Shown: positions 12,396-25,816 of the stretch, piece by piece
How positions within the stretch are numbered: position 1 is the first letter of the stretch
How the letters are laid out: the number at the start of each line of letters is the position of its first letter
NCBI GenBank assembly: GCA_002245135.1
Contig: NGBS01000005.1
Span: 186,001 to 246,378, forward strand
From: Proteromonas lacertae
Taxonomy: Eukaryota
Direction of reading: 5' to 3'
DNA length: 60,378 nt
Made by a program: the position numbers and the translations under genes
The notes under the pieces: model-generated
Seen by the model: the letters and a program-made list of their open reading frames with translations, nothing else
Told to the model about the DNA's origin: nothing
The model's database searches: none

Positions 12396-12803
12396 AAATC
12401 TACCAATTTCTAATTTCACTTGAATTTGAATATAATCAAATTTAATCATACTATTCATATATTCTTTGTTGTTTCATTATATAAAATCAAACACATATTT
12501 TTTACATAATTTAAAGAAAGGATTAAATAATTATGTCATTTCACTATTACTAACTTTGGATACATTTAATTTAACTAATATAGAAAATATTGATATTATA
12601 TAAATAAGCTGAAAACTATAACATCTCTCAAAATAATGAATTATATTATTTTCAAGCCTAAAAGCTTGAGTATTTTATTTTGTGAATGAATATTGAGATG
12701 CATATACTTTGATTCGAAATAAAAATACAATTAATGAGTTTTTATTATTTCAAACCCCAAAATAAACACATGATAAGGAAAGAAAATACCATTTCAAAGC
12801 TAT

Positions 12804-13896
12804 TTAAGCGCATCTTGTAGTCTGTCTATTTGATGATTGTTGAATATCTCTTTGAGTTGTAGATCGATTATTTGAAGAGGTTTCTGGTAGATTCATTCCA
12901 CTCTTTAAAAATGAACTTAAAGGAATAGATGTATAACTACTACTTGTGGTGTAACTTGTACGATAAGGAACAGTCTGCAAACCTAATGTATCAGTTGGAT
13001 GGCTTTGAACATATAATTGTTGTAAACCTTCATAATACTTCACTGTTTTAACACGTAACTCTAATGTAGCATCTTCATCACATACAATCACAGCTCTAGG
13101 ATGATTCTGTAAAGCAGAGATAGTCCACATATGAGAAACACCTTCTTCAATTCCTTTTTGTAAGGCAACTGCTTTATTTGAACCATTTACAACCAATAAT
13201 ACTTCACGAGCATCACATATAGTGCCAACACCAACAGTTAATGCAGTTCTTGGAACTTGAGTGAGATCATTGTTAAAAAAACGAGAGTTTGCACGAATTG
13301 TATCAATATTCTATATATAATAAAATAACACATAATATATATTATATATACTAATGTTTTTGGTCTAGTTCTTGATGTTAAGGATGAACCAGGTTCATTA
13401 AATGCAATATGTCCATCAGGACCAACACCCCCTAAAAATAACTCAATTCCACCATATGAAGCGATTTTTTCTTCATACTAAAATAATGTATAAAAATAAA
13501 TATACTCTTCTACATTCTTCTTCTAAATCTTCAGCATTACCATCCAATAAATTAGTATTTTCAGGTTTAATATCAACATGACTGAAGAAATTAGACCACA
13601 TAAAAGTATAATAACTTTGTTCATGGTTCTGAGGTATTCCACAATACTCATCCATATTAAATGAAACTACATTTTTAAATGATACTTTACCATCTTTGTA
13701 AAGTTCAATTAATCTCTATACAGCAATAATTTATATATTTATATACTCTATAAACACCTAATGGTGAACTTCCAGTAGGTAATCCAATAACAAATGGATG
13801 ATTCGGTGTTGGATTATACTCATTAATTCTCTTAGCTATGTAAGATGCAGCCCAATTGCTTAAATCTTCGTAATTATGTTGAATAATAACACGCAT
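12804..13896 (-). CDS. GNPDA: Glucosamine-6-phosphate deaminase (NagB/GNPDA), 4 exons
   Basis: [32 protein letters not shown] and [10 protein letters not shown] motifs. Confidence 0.95.
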
Positions 13897-14459
13897 TGTT
13901 TAATAGATGAGTATATGTGAAAGTAAATTGAAAATAAATCTTTCTTAAAAGATTTAAGAATAATATCGGTGAAGCGATATATTTATGTTGAGAACAAAGC
14001 ATATCCAATGGCTTTTTGCTATTGATATGACGCATAATGCATCTCTATTATTCTTAAAATCCATAAAAATCGATAGTAGGAAGTATTATTTGGATTAGCT
14101 CCGATTATGTTTCTTTCTTTTAATTACTTACATTTTTATAACTGAATAATTATACTTATACACAATTTTGGAATAATCATTACTCTTAAACAATTTCTTC
14201 AGTAGATTGCTTATAATATGTATATAATTGATAAGCAATCATATAAGATAGATATTTAAAACACTTGTTGTATATTCTTTAACACTAAGAACAAATAAAC
14301 TAACAATGCTAATTAAAACTTTTCTACGCTTTTTTTTCTTCGTGCATATACGCTATTAAATTCCTATCTGTTACATGTGAATAACATTCATTTATCAATC
14401 ATCTTTCATATCATGTCATTGAGATTGTAAATTACATTTTTTTGACTTTTTTCGTTTTT

Positions 14460-17400
14460 ATGTCAAAAGAACATACTGTGAGAGCTTTGGTGATTGTTAA
14501 TGTCCAAGTATTATTGCTCTAATGTTTTTATAATTAACTAGAACGATTATTTCCCAGGAGGTGCTTTAAGTATTGATGATGCTCCAGAAATTATCCCAGT
14601 AATAAATAAATTAAGGCGTAAAGATTTTGACTATACAATAATACTACAGTTGTGGCATCCACTTAATCATTGGTATAATATTTATTTTATATTCTTTTAT
14701 ATAGTTCATTTTGTTCAAATAACCCAGTATTTCTATAGAAATTTACTTATATTTTCCTTAGGGATATCCATTAGATAAAATTAGTCATTTGCCAGTTATA
14801 GGTTCTCAAATGTTGTGGCCAGACTTTTGCATTGCTGGTACAGCAGGTGCTGAGTTACATCCAGACTTACTTGTGAGAGGATCTGATATAATTGTAAGAT
14901 GTGGAACAGATCCAACAATAGATAATTGTATGAATCATTTCATATATAATTAACAATAGATTCTGGTTTCAGAGAATATAAAAAGAGTGAGCAAGGTCTT
15001 CTATCAGAATTATTCACTCAAAAATCAATAAAAGAGGTATATTTCTGTGGATTAGCTGTTGAATATGGTATTCAGTTTAATATATTAGATTGTGGCATAT
15101 ACGCCCCAACAGCGAAGATATTCTGTATAACAGATGCATGTAGAGGATTTAATCAAGAGGATGTGAAAGAAGTTTATAAAAAATTAGAATATGAAAAAGT
15201 AAGGACAGTATTATCAACAGGTTTAGAATTAATGCAACTAACAGAAAAAGATTTAAACTCATATACACAGAATACTTCACTCTGTGATATAATATGTAGA
15301 GGAAATGGTAAATATGAATTAGGTAAAGAAACACTACAACCAGGTGAAAAACCATATGTTGATAAAAAACAGAAATTTACACGAATAAGTGATGAAATAA
15401 AAGGATGTAATTTGCTTAGAGGGCAGAATATTGATAGATGTAGTATGTCCTCTGAATTTATGTTGTTAACATTTAGAATTAGATGTAGTTTATATATACT
15501 ATGGCCTGTTAACAATGTAGAAGCAAAATGGTTGAAATCTTATCATTTTTTAAAAACCAATTTTACTGCTTATACTGATTCAGGCAATTTGTCATTTAAT
15601 GTCTATCAAAAGAATGATATTATTAAACCTGGTGATCAAATTGTGCTAGGCGGAAGTGAAGGTATTTTGACAGATGAAAATACTACAAGTTATGTTGTTT
15701 GTTTTAGAGAATTACGTATATATATATATATATATTTATGTGTAAATAGAAACCGAAGTAAGTGATTTATGTAATGCAATATATTATGAATCAGATGATT
15801 TCATAACCAAATTACTAAAACAGTGTCCAAATCTGAATGGTTCAATTCCTCCACTAAATGAAACACCATTTCATTGTGCAATTAAATCAAGAAAACAATT
15901 TGTAATAAAATATTTAATGGATAATAATGCTGATATAAATGCAATAGATCGTAATGGAGAAACGCCATTACATTTAGCTTGTAGAATGAATGATATTGAC
16001 ATAATTAGTAAATTATTGATAATAGGTAATATTGATGTAAATATTGCATCTTTAATAGATGGTTATACTCCTTTAATGATTAGTTGTGAATTGGGTAATA
16101 TTGGAGCTGTTGAATTACTATTAGATAAAGGTGCAGATGCTTTAATTGAATCGTTTTATCAAACTACACCATTGTTTTTATCAATGAAACCTAATTATGG
16201 TGAAATGGAAAATGTTTCTTTAGAATTAATGAGAATGATATTTAGTAAAGTTGGTAATATGAATGCTAAAATTGAATTAATGAATTCCGAAGATAAACTA
16301 GGATGGAGTCCAATGTTCTTATTAGGTAAAACTGGATTATTAGCTGAAATAAATAGTTCTACAAACTTTGAAGTTTTACAATCGATGCCAATAAATAAGG
16401 TTCTTAAACAAGGATATTCATTTTTAGATATTATTACATGGAATGACCAATGTGATACAATATTCTGTTTACAAGATTCTACATATGATATTTGGCAAGA
16501 ATCATTGGTTGTTAATCGAATTAATGAAGAAACTGGATATAGTGAATTAGATTATGCTGTATGAATATAATCTGTTTATTATCATTATAATTTATAGATA
16601 TTAAAAGATCATTTTGATTGTATTTCTGCTTTAATATTAGGTGGTTCACATGTTACAAGATGTTCAGGAATATCAGTTAATAAAATATTGAATTATATGA
16701 TATTAGGTGGTGATATTGAAGCTGTAGAAGGTTTGTTGAGGTTTGATGAAAATAATATTGAAATTGATGATTTATTATTAAAATTAACAAAAAGAATGAA
16801 ATGTATGTATTCTAATGATTAATATATAATAATATTATATATAGACACTCACAGTTGTACATTCTCATTTGCAACATTTACCAATCCAATATCTCAACAT
16901 ATATATCACTGTAATGATTGTGATTCAAACATATGTTTGGTATGTAATAGTATTTGTCACAAAGAACACGATACAGTTTATATTGGACTAGTACAAGACA
17001 CTTATTGTGGATGTCAAAAGAATACATGTCAAGCAATACTTGGAGTAGATAAAAGAGAATCAGAAGGTTATAAATACGTTCCAATTCCAATTGATTCTTC
17101 CTCCATTCCAGATAATCACGATTTAGATATTTTAGTGGAATGTTTATCAGAGAATAGTCATGAAGTGTGGTGTTCTGAAAAAGTAGATGATGGGTGGAGA
17201 TATGGACCAAAAAGAGATAATGCGAATAAAATACATCCAATGATTAAAGCTTGGTGTGATTTGTCTGCTGAAGATAAGAAATGGGATATTGATGCTGCTA
17301 AACATAGTTTGAAATTGATTGAATATTTAGGATATGATCTTGAGTGTGTTTCTGAAGATATTTGTAAAGAATATATTGAAGAACATAATATTAAGCAAAG

Positions 17401-20400
17401 GTATATATATAAATATTATCTAGTTATTATTATTATTTAAATAGCAAAAGAAAATATATTCCAGATCCATTAGATACTTCAACAATAGAAGTTTCAATGG
17501 AACAACTTCCGTTGGTTCATTTATTAGCAAGAAACACACATGAAGAATGGTCACAAGAGAAAATGAAAGCAGGATGGAAGTATTCACCTGATCCAGCTAC
17601 AGCAAATAATCCAAAGGTAAGTTCAGAATTAGTTCCATACGAATATTTAACACAATCTGAAAAAGAAATGTGTCAAGTAAATGCATTGGAAATGATTAGA
17701 GGTATTTTGAAATTAGGATATACAATAAAGAAAAAAGAAGGAATGGAAAATATGACTGATAACTTTATGGATTTAAATGACATGGAAACTTTGAAAGATA
17801 ATATTGATCAAACTGAAAGAAATAAGATTGAATTATTCAATTTGTACTTGTTAAGAGCTTGTAGAAATGATCAAATTGATATTATTCCTAAATTGATATT
17901 ATCTGAAGACAGTATTATAGCTAATATTGATACGCAAGATAGTTTTGGACAATTTTCATTATTCATTGCAATTAAAAGAGGTTATATTGCCATCTGCGAA
18001 TTGTTGATAAAGAACAAAGCACAAATTGAATTAACAGATAATAATGGAACAACTCCATTGATGTTAGCTTCATTCTTAGGAAATTTCAAAATCTGTGAAT
18101 TATTACTAAGAAATGGAGCAAAAATTGAAGTGGAAGATAAAAGAGGTTTTACAGCAATACATCATGCCTGCGCAAATGGCCATGCACAAATCTTATCACT
18201 TTTATTAAGTGAAAAACATATTGATATTGATAATTTATATCATTCTGAAAATGATACTTTAACAAATCAAACTCAACAGAATAATAATAATAATAATAAT
18301 AATTTGAGTAGAGTATCTCAAAAAGAATCAGTAAAATCAACAAATCCTGATGATTTATTGTCACCAGATACTCCTGTCAATAATAAAAAATCTATGTTAA
18401 ATTCAAGAATGGTGATCAGAAATCTACAAGAACAAATGAAAAGTACAAAGACACCATTATCAGCAACAACAACCACTTCTGGTGGTAATACAAGTAATTT
18501 GACATCTGCAAGGCATGTTAATTTACATACATCACAAAAAGGAATGTTAAATACATCTGTTTTACATAGAAATAATAATAATGATGGATCTAGACCATCT
18601 ACAGCTGATAGTTCAAATGGAAATACTGTCAGAATATCAGTTAGAATGGGAAATGATATAGATGAAGAAAATGAAGAAGATGATGATGAAAATCATGAAA
18701 AAGCAAAAAAGGTATTAAATGGATTTAGTCCATTAAGTTTAGCTGTAAAAGCTGGTCATGTTGATGTAATTAAAGTCTTATTAGATCATGGAGTAAACCC
18801 AATGAAAGAAGATGGAACTCAAATTACACCATATGGAAGAGCATTATTGAAAGAAATTGCAGCAGCAATAAATGAAAACGAAAAGAAGAAGGCTGAAAAT
18901 AATGGAGAAAATGGTGATAATGAAGAAAATAAGAATGATGAAGATAAAGATAAAGAAAGAAAAAGATCATCAATATATCAAGGTAAAATAAGTCTTAATG
19001 ATCATCAATCTATAAGACAGAATAAGACTTCAATTAATCCAACATCAATACTGAAACCATCAACTCATGCTTCAACACTTCCAAAATATTCTTTGAATGT
19101 GAAGAATTCAATTCAACCACAACAAGATTCTACTAATGGAGTTAGATTATCATTGATTAAGAAGAGTCTACCTTCTGGTTTTCAAGCACCTGATATAAAT
19201 CAAATATTAAAAGAACAAGCAAAAAGAGATAAAGAGAAAAAAGCAAAAGAAATAAAATGGTGGCAATTTTGGAGAAAGAGACCTACAAAGAAACAAAAGA
19301 AAAAAGTAATACAATATGAATCACAAAAGAAAGTTGAGTGTTATTATGAAAATTTGCATATTAATGATAAATGGACAAATGTAATAATCAAAGACTTAAA
19401 GGAAAGACAACAATCAGAACCTGTTTCATCAAAATTACACAATGCTCAAGTGGTAGAATTATTATCAACATCACCAGAAGTATCAAAACACAAGATGGGT
19501 TATGGTATAAAACAATTCGTTTGGGAAGCTGTGATGTTTTTAATTGTTTATTTGGTGTTTTTAGTATTTACACCTGTATTCTTGGATTACCATTCTGAAG
19601 AAGAAACTATGTATCAATATCAAGTAGAAAATGATTTAGAAAATTATGGTTTTACATCAATTCAGTCATTTGATGATTTGGAAAAATGGACTTTGAGATA
19701 TTTTCTGGATTCTGGAATAACTGGAATGTTTGATGCAAGTATATAATAATATATATAATAATAATATCTTTTATTTAATAGCAAAACCACCAACATATCA
19801 TAGTAGTAGTTATGTATTTGGAGCATTATATATAAAAGAAGAATCCTATAGTACATTAGAATGTGAAAGTTTTGATAGAGTAATATTGAATGGAAGAGAT
19901 GAAATATGTGTAACTGGTGATGTTTATACTAGTTTTACAAAGAAATTGGGATTGTTTGATTTAGAAGAAGCTAAAAAAGAATACCAAGATGAATTATTGC
20001 CAATATTATCAAACAATCTAACTCAATCAGTGGATTATTATTTTCATGTTTTCAATCCTACAACCAGTAGAATATGTCAAATTGAATTAATAGTAGAAAG
20101 ATTAGAAACAGGAGAAATTAATCCAAAGCATAAAGTTACAACAATTATATTTTCATCCAATAGATTTCCACCATCTGTATAATATAATTATAATATATTC
20201 TTCATATTATATTTGTATTTAGATTCCTTTTGAAATAGTAGTTATTTTAGAGTTTATATTTGAAATGTTTTTTAAAGTAAGATACATCATTCAAAGTAAA
20301 GGTTTGGGAGATCAATTAAGAGATTTCTGGATGATTTATGATTGGATTATAATATTATGTCTATTTGTCTTAGGAATTGTAGATATTGTTTTAAATGTTA

Positions 20401-21398
20401 TTGTATATATATAAATATATTAATATATAAAATAAATAGTATCAAAAACATACAATTGATGTTTTATCATCAGATTTCATAGATTATTCATCATTAATAT
20501 CATTAGTAAAATATGAGTTAGATTTTATATCTTTTATATGCTTTTTATATGGTATGAGATTCATTAAATTTGTGCGTTTGATTCCAGGATGGGGACCAAT
20601 GATTTTAGCTGTTTTAAGAACTGTAGTTGATATTGATGTTTTGCTATACATTTGTGTATTCTTCTTTTTAATGTTTATATTAACATTTTGTTATATTATT
20701 GGATATGGTCCAGAAATAGTAGCTTTTGATGAAATATTTAAAACATTTTTCCATTTATTTTGCTCAGCTTTCAATCATGGATTTTCTGTCTTATTTAATT
20801 TAGATAGAAGATTTATGTTCACAGTTTATTTCTTAATATATGTTTTATTAGCAGCAATTTTGGTGAACTTGTTTATTGCTATTGTTTCCAGTGTATATCC
20901 TATTATTCGTGATCAATCTTATTTGAATTGGCATATATTAATGGCAGAATATATGGCTGATGATTATATAACAAAACAAACAGATAAAAAGAATAATTAT
21001 AGATTAAGAAGGAAGAGTATAATATATGATTTATATGATGAATTATATTGGGGTGATTTGATGGAAGGAAGAGATGGTTTGGTATATTGGACACCTACAG
21101 GCTTGTTTAGAAGAACAAATGAAACAAAGAGAAAGAATAAAGTATTTATATAATATTTTATTATCTTTAGAAAACAGCTGAAACTGAGATTAATCCACAA
21201 GATGAAAATCCAATCAATGAAGGGTTATTGGATGATATTAGTAAAATAAAAGTTAATATTGCTGAAAATACAACGACATTTTCTGAATTAACTGATCAAT
21301 TGACTGCGTTATCTGAAAAGATTAGAGTAATTGATTCAACATTAACAAGATTGAGTATAGTTCAAAATAAGATGTCTAAAAGCATAAAAAAGAAGTGA
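14460..21398 (+). CDS. PKD/TRP-type cation channel: pseudo-nicotinamidase, beta-sandwich, ankyrin repeats, UBR-box zinc finger, 2 RyR repeats, ankyrin repeats, 6-TM channel, coiled coil
   Basis: Continuous spliced frame through GT-AG introns from ATG 14460 to TGA 21396-21398. Ankyrin GETPLH/GYTPLM motifs; RyR LSENSHEVW...GWRYG and LARNTHEEW...GWKY; S4-S6 RFIKFVRLIPGWGPM...LVNLFIAIV. Confidence 0.85.
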
Positions 21399-21518
21399 TT
21401 ATAATTAATGTAATATATTTTTATATTTTAGATGTTTAATGAATGTTTTTAAAATTCAAAAGATATTGAAACGAATATAATTTTGAAATAATCAGTTTTT
21501 TCATAATTTGCATTAATA

Positions 21519-22532
21519 ATGGAGAACTACCACATTTTGGTATAGATAATTTAATTATGTGTAGGAATATATTGGTAAAGGATCTTTTGGTGAAGTATAT
21601 AGAGGAAGAAGAAAGTATACTGGTCAAATAGTTGCAATAAAGTATATTCCTAAAATAAAAAAGGATGAAAATAATTTGAGTGACTTGAGAAGGGAGATTG
21701 AAATACTTCACAACCTTAATCACGAAAATATCATCTTTTTGATGGACAACTATGAGACAGAAGAAGCAATATGCGTTGTAACTGAGTATGCACATGGAGA
21801 CCTATACCAAATAATTTCTGAAGACGGCAAATTACCAGAAGAAACATTAAAAGTGCTAGCCAAACAGTTAATAGAAGCATTGTGCTATTTACATACAAAT
21901 AGAATCATTCATAGAGATATGAAACCTCAGAATATACTGATTACTGGTAATGAAATTATCAAATTGTGTGATTTTGGTTTTGCTCGTCACTTATCAGCTA
22001 AAGTATAATTATATATGTATTAAACTATCAATAGACAACATTTGTAACATCAGTAAAAGGTACACCACTCTATATGTCACCTGAATTAATTGAAGAAAAA
22101 CCATATTCATATTCTACTGATTTAGTATAATATATCTCTATATCTTTCTAGTGGTCATTGGGAATAATATTATTTGAATCAGCTACAGGTAAACCTCCCT
22201 ATTTTACTTCAAATATTTGTACATTAGTGAATCTTGTAAGAAAAGTATGTTTAATTACTGTTATTATTATTAAAATAGAATGCAATTGAATATCCTGATG
22301 ATTTATCGCCTGATTTATTATCATTATTAAAGAGCTTATTAAAGAAAGATCCAAATGAAAGAATTGGTTGGCCTGATTTATCTACTCATCCATTTATCAC
22401 TACTGCAACACCACAATCATTAGAGAAATCATATGAAGTATCAAATAATAGAGATAGAATTGAACTATTTACTAAATTAATACAAAATAACTTATTACAA
22501 GTGAATAATAACAATAATAATAATAATAACGG

Positions 22533-22570
<38 letters not shown>

Positions 22571-23326
22571 TGATGAGTTTTCTACTATTTATATGGAAGA
22601 GAATACATTTACTGAGTTTGAGAGTGTTGCTTCAGAATTATCAGATAATTATAATTGGAAAATAAACTCTGAAGAAACTGAGGATAATAAAGAGAAGTGT
22701 TTACAATTATTAAAAGATGATAATATGTTTTATCAAAACTCACATCATGCATTAGAGACTAATATCAAATCGTATTATATATATATATATATACTTTTAT
22801 ACTTATTATAATAGTGAAAATAATGAAATATGTAATTGTATTATAATCACATTAAAGAATGTAATTGAATTTGATTCTAATGTTGTTTCGTCTGTTAGTA
22901 TTATATGTAAAATAATGGAAATTATCTTGAAATACTATGACTATTGTGTTAATAATGGACTTGTAGAAGTTGAAATGAATTGTATTAAAACTATTAATGA
23001 AATATTATTGAAATCTTCATTCCATTTATATAGTAATGGTATATTATTATAATATATTATTGTTTCTATATAGAATTGAAATCAATATTCCCAAAACAAC
23101 TTCTATTTAGATTAATCTCTAGAAATTTGACTGTATTATTTTATTGATATAATTATTTGACTGAATAGCCAAATTCAAATCAAGTAGAAGGTGTAATAAT
23201 CCAAAGTATAAAGTTGTTAGGCACAGTATTTGATATCTTTACAACATATCCATTCACATTACAATCACAAATTAAAGAGATTATGAATTTAGATATCTTA
23301 TCAAAGTGTATACAATTATTAACATC

Positions 23327-23364
<38 letters not shown>

Positions 23365-25726
23365 TATTAGAAATGAGAATATATCTAGTTTATGTATTCA
23401 CGCTTTGGCATTATTACTTCATCCTATTACTATCATACTGAATGAAAGACGATGTTTTCCATTTTCAAGTTGTTGTAATAGTGCATTATTAACTGATGAG
23501 TTAAAGTCATTGTATATTTATATATATAACAATTTATATAATATATAAGACGATCAAATACAAATATAAGTCAACAGACTATGAAAGAACAACAAAGAAT
23601 AAAACAAATGATTAATCTTAGAGTACAAGAACTATTCACTACATTTCCACAATCTCGTCAAGTTCTTTCTAACTATTTATTGTCAAAACCATCAATTCAT
23701 TCAGCTGTATATAGAATATTGATTCATTTAAATCCTAATTGTGTTATATTGAATGATGAAATTATGAATATAATAATGAATATATCTAAACTTGATAAAG
23801 TTACTCAAGGATTTGATTTATTATATATTTTAACATTAATCAAATCACAATCAATGGAGTTAAAATATTATGTTGAAGTAATGGAATTAGCATTTAAATA
23901 TGTTAGTGAAAGTATTGAAATATCAACTATTGGTTGTCTAATAGTCAACACGGTTATTCAGAGTATATATATATAAATATATTGTTTATATATATAGTAA
24001 GTTCAAATGAAGAAAATAATATAAATGTTAAAAGTCCAAATAGAACATCCATCTTACAACAATTTAAACAACTGATACAATCATCAAATAATATCGTCGA
24101 AGTGTATATATATATATCAATTATATATTTATTTCCATAATAGTATTTTTAAACATTTACAATTTGGATCATTAGCTTCAATAATGGAAAGTAAAAGTCA
24201 TTCATTATTGCCATATCGTTTTATTGGTAATGAATATGGTTTATGTAGTATTGGAATATTGGATAGTTTTGTTAAATTGTTAGATAATATATTGGAAGTT
24301 GAACCAAATTATATTAACATTATATTTCAAAAGAGTGAATATTTTAATGAATTACATAACTTAGTATATATATAATATATATAATTAAATAGTTAATGGG
24401 TAGTCCTTTTTATGATTTATCTACCATAGGATTAATATCTTTGATAAAAATATTCAACAAACTATTACATTTCAATAAAACACTCTACAAAGACAATAAT
24501 TTCAATATTATGTTATGTTTCATTGAAATTGTTAAAGAGAAACATATTAATTGTATAATACAATACCCATATGATGGTTTATCAAATGCTATATTGTTGA
24601 TGAAGACTGTTAATAAAGAAATAATGAATATTATACAAGAGCCAGTATTAATATATATATATATATATTTGTTTTATTATATACTTAATAGAATGAGAAC
24701 CAAATCCAATCTGTACTATTCAACAATAATCTATTAATATCATATGTTGTAAATATTAATACATTTTTAAAATATGGCTTATCGATGGTATTATTAACTG
24801 ATATCATTCATTCTGTATATTTATTGTTACAGAAAGATAAGTGTTTTGTTAATCAATTCATTGAAAGTGGTGGTTTATTACCCATTAAAAACTATAAAAT
24901 ATTCAATGAAGATAATATTGATGATTTAATAATATCATATCTGTTAATTATTTCTTTCATTTGTAAAACAGATGGTAAATATTATAATGTGTTAAGTTCA
25001 ATGAATATTTTGAATGAATTATTACCACTTTTTGATAATAGAAACGCATTAGTAAAATCCAATGTATATTTATGTGATTTATTAATTATAGTTATGTTAT
25101 TGTTTTGGTAATTTATTCAGACATGATAAGACATTTATAATTCCTTCAGCAAAACAATATACAAATAGTAAGACTAATAAAAGTGAAATTTGTCTTAATA
25201 GATTGGTAGAATTATGTAGAGATAATGATGATAATACAAGAAAATATGCTTGCTTTGCTGTATATAGATATATATATTATTGTTATTAATTATGTGATAT
25301 ATATTATAGATTGGTAATGCTGCATTTATAAGTAGTGAAGTATATACTTCCTTGAAGAATGGAATTGATATCATCATATCTTTGTTAGATGATAGAAATG
25401 AAAAAGTAAAAGCAAATGCCATAGGAACACTAGGCAACTTGGTTAGAAACAGTGATGAATTATGTAAAATAATCGATGAGAAAAGGGGAATAAAGAAATT
25501 AATAAGTATTTGTCTAAATAATCATAGTGATGCTATTGTTGATTTGAGTTTATTCAGTCTTGGCAATATATGTAGTTATGATGAAATGAAAGTAATTGTA
25601 AAGAGAGATTATGTATAATTCTTTATATGTATTTTATAGCCTCAATTCATTGACTGGTTGACAAGAATGTATAAATCAAAATATACTAACAATATTAGTA
25701 GAATTAAAAAGAAATTAGATTTATAG
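21519..25726 (+). CDS. STK36: Fused/STK36 (TIO-like) Ser/Thr kinase with C-terminal ARM/HEAT repeats
   Basis: [63 protein letters not shown]-terminal [13 protein letters not shown] and [14 protein letters not shown]. Confidence 0.9.
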
Positions 25727-25816
25727 AGAATATTATTATTGATGATTATTATTTATTTTTATATTTCACAAAACACCACATAACTATTTATAATATGATT
25801 ATATTATATCAAATAA

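Noticed and set aside
13897..14459. Long divergent intergenic region as a possible ncRNA locus
   Set aside because: No recognisable tRNA, snoRNA box or stable stem; cannot be supported without an Infernal search
25140..25205. Apparent intron or frameshift in STK36 (GTAAG...AATAG)
   Set aside because: The frame reads straight through ([29 protein letters not shown]); splicing would break it
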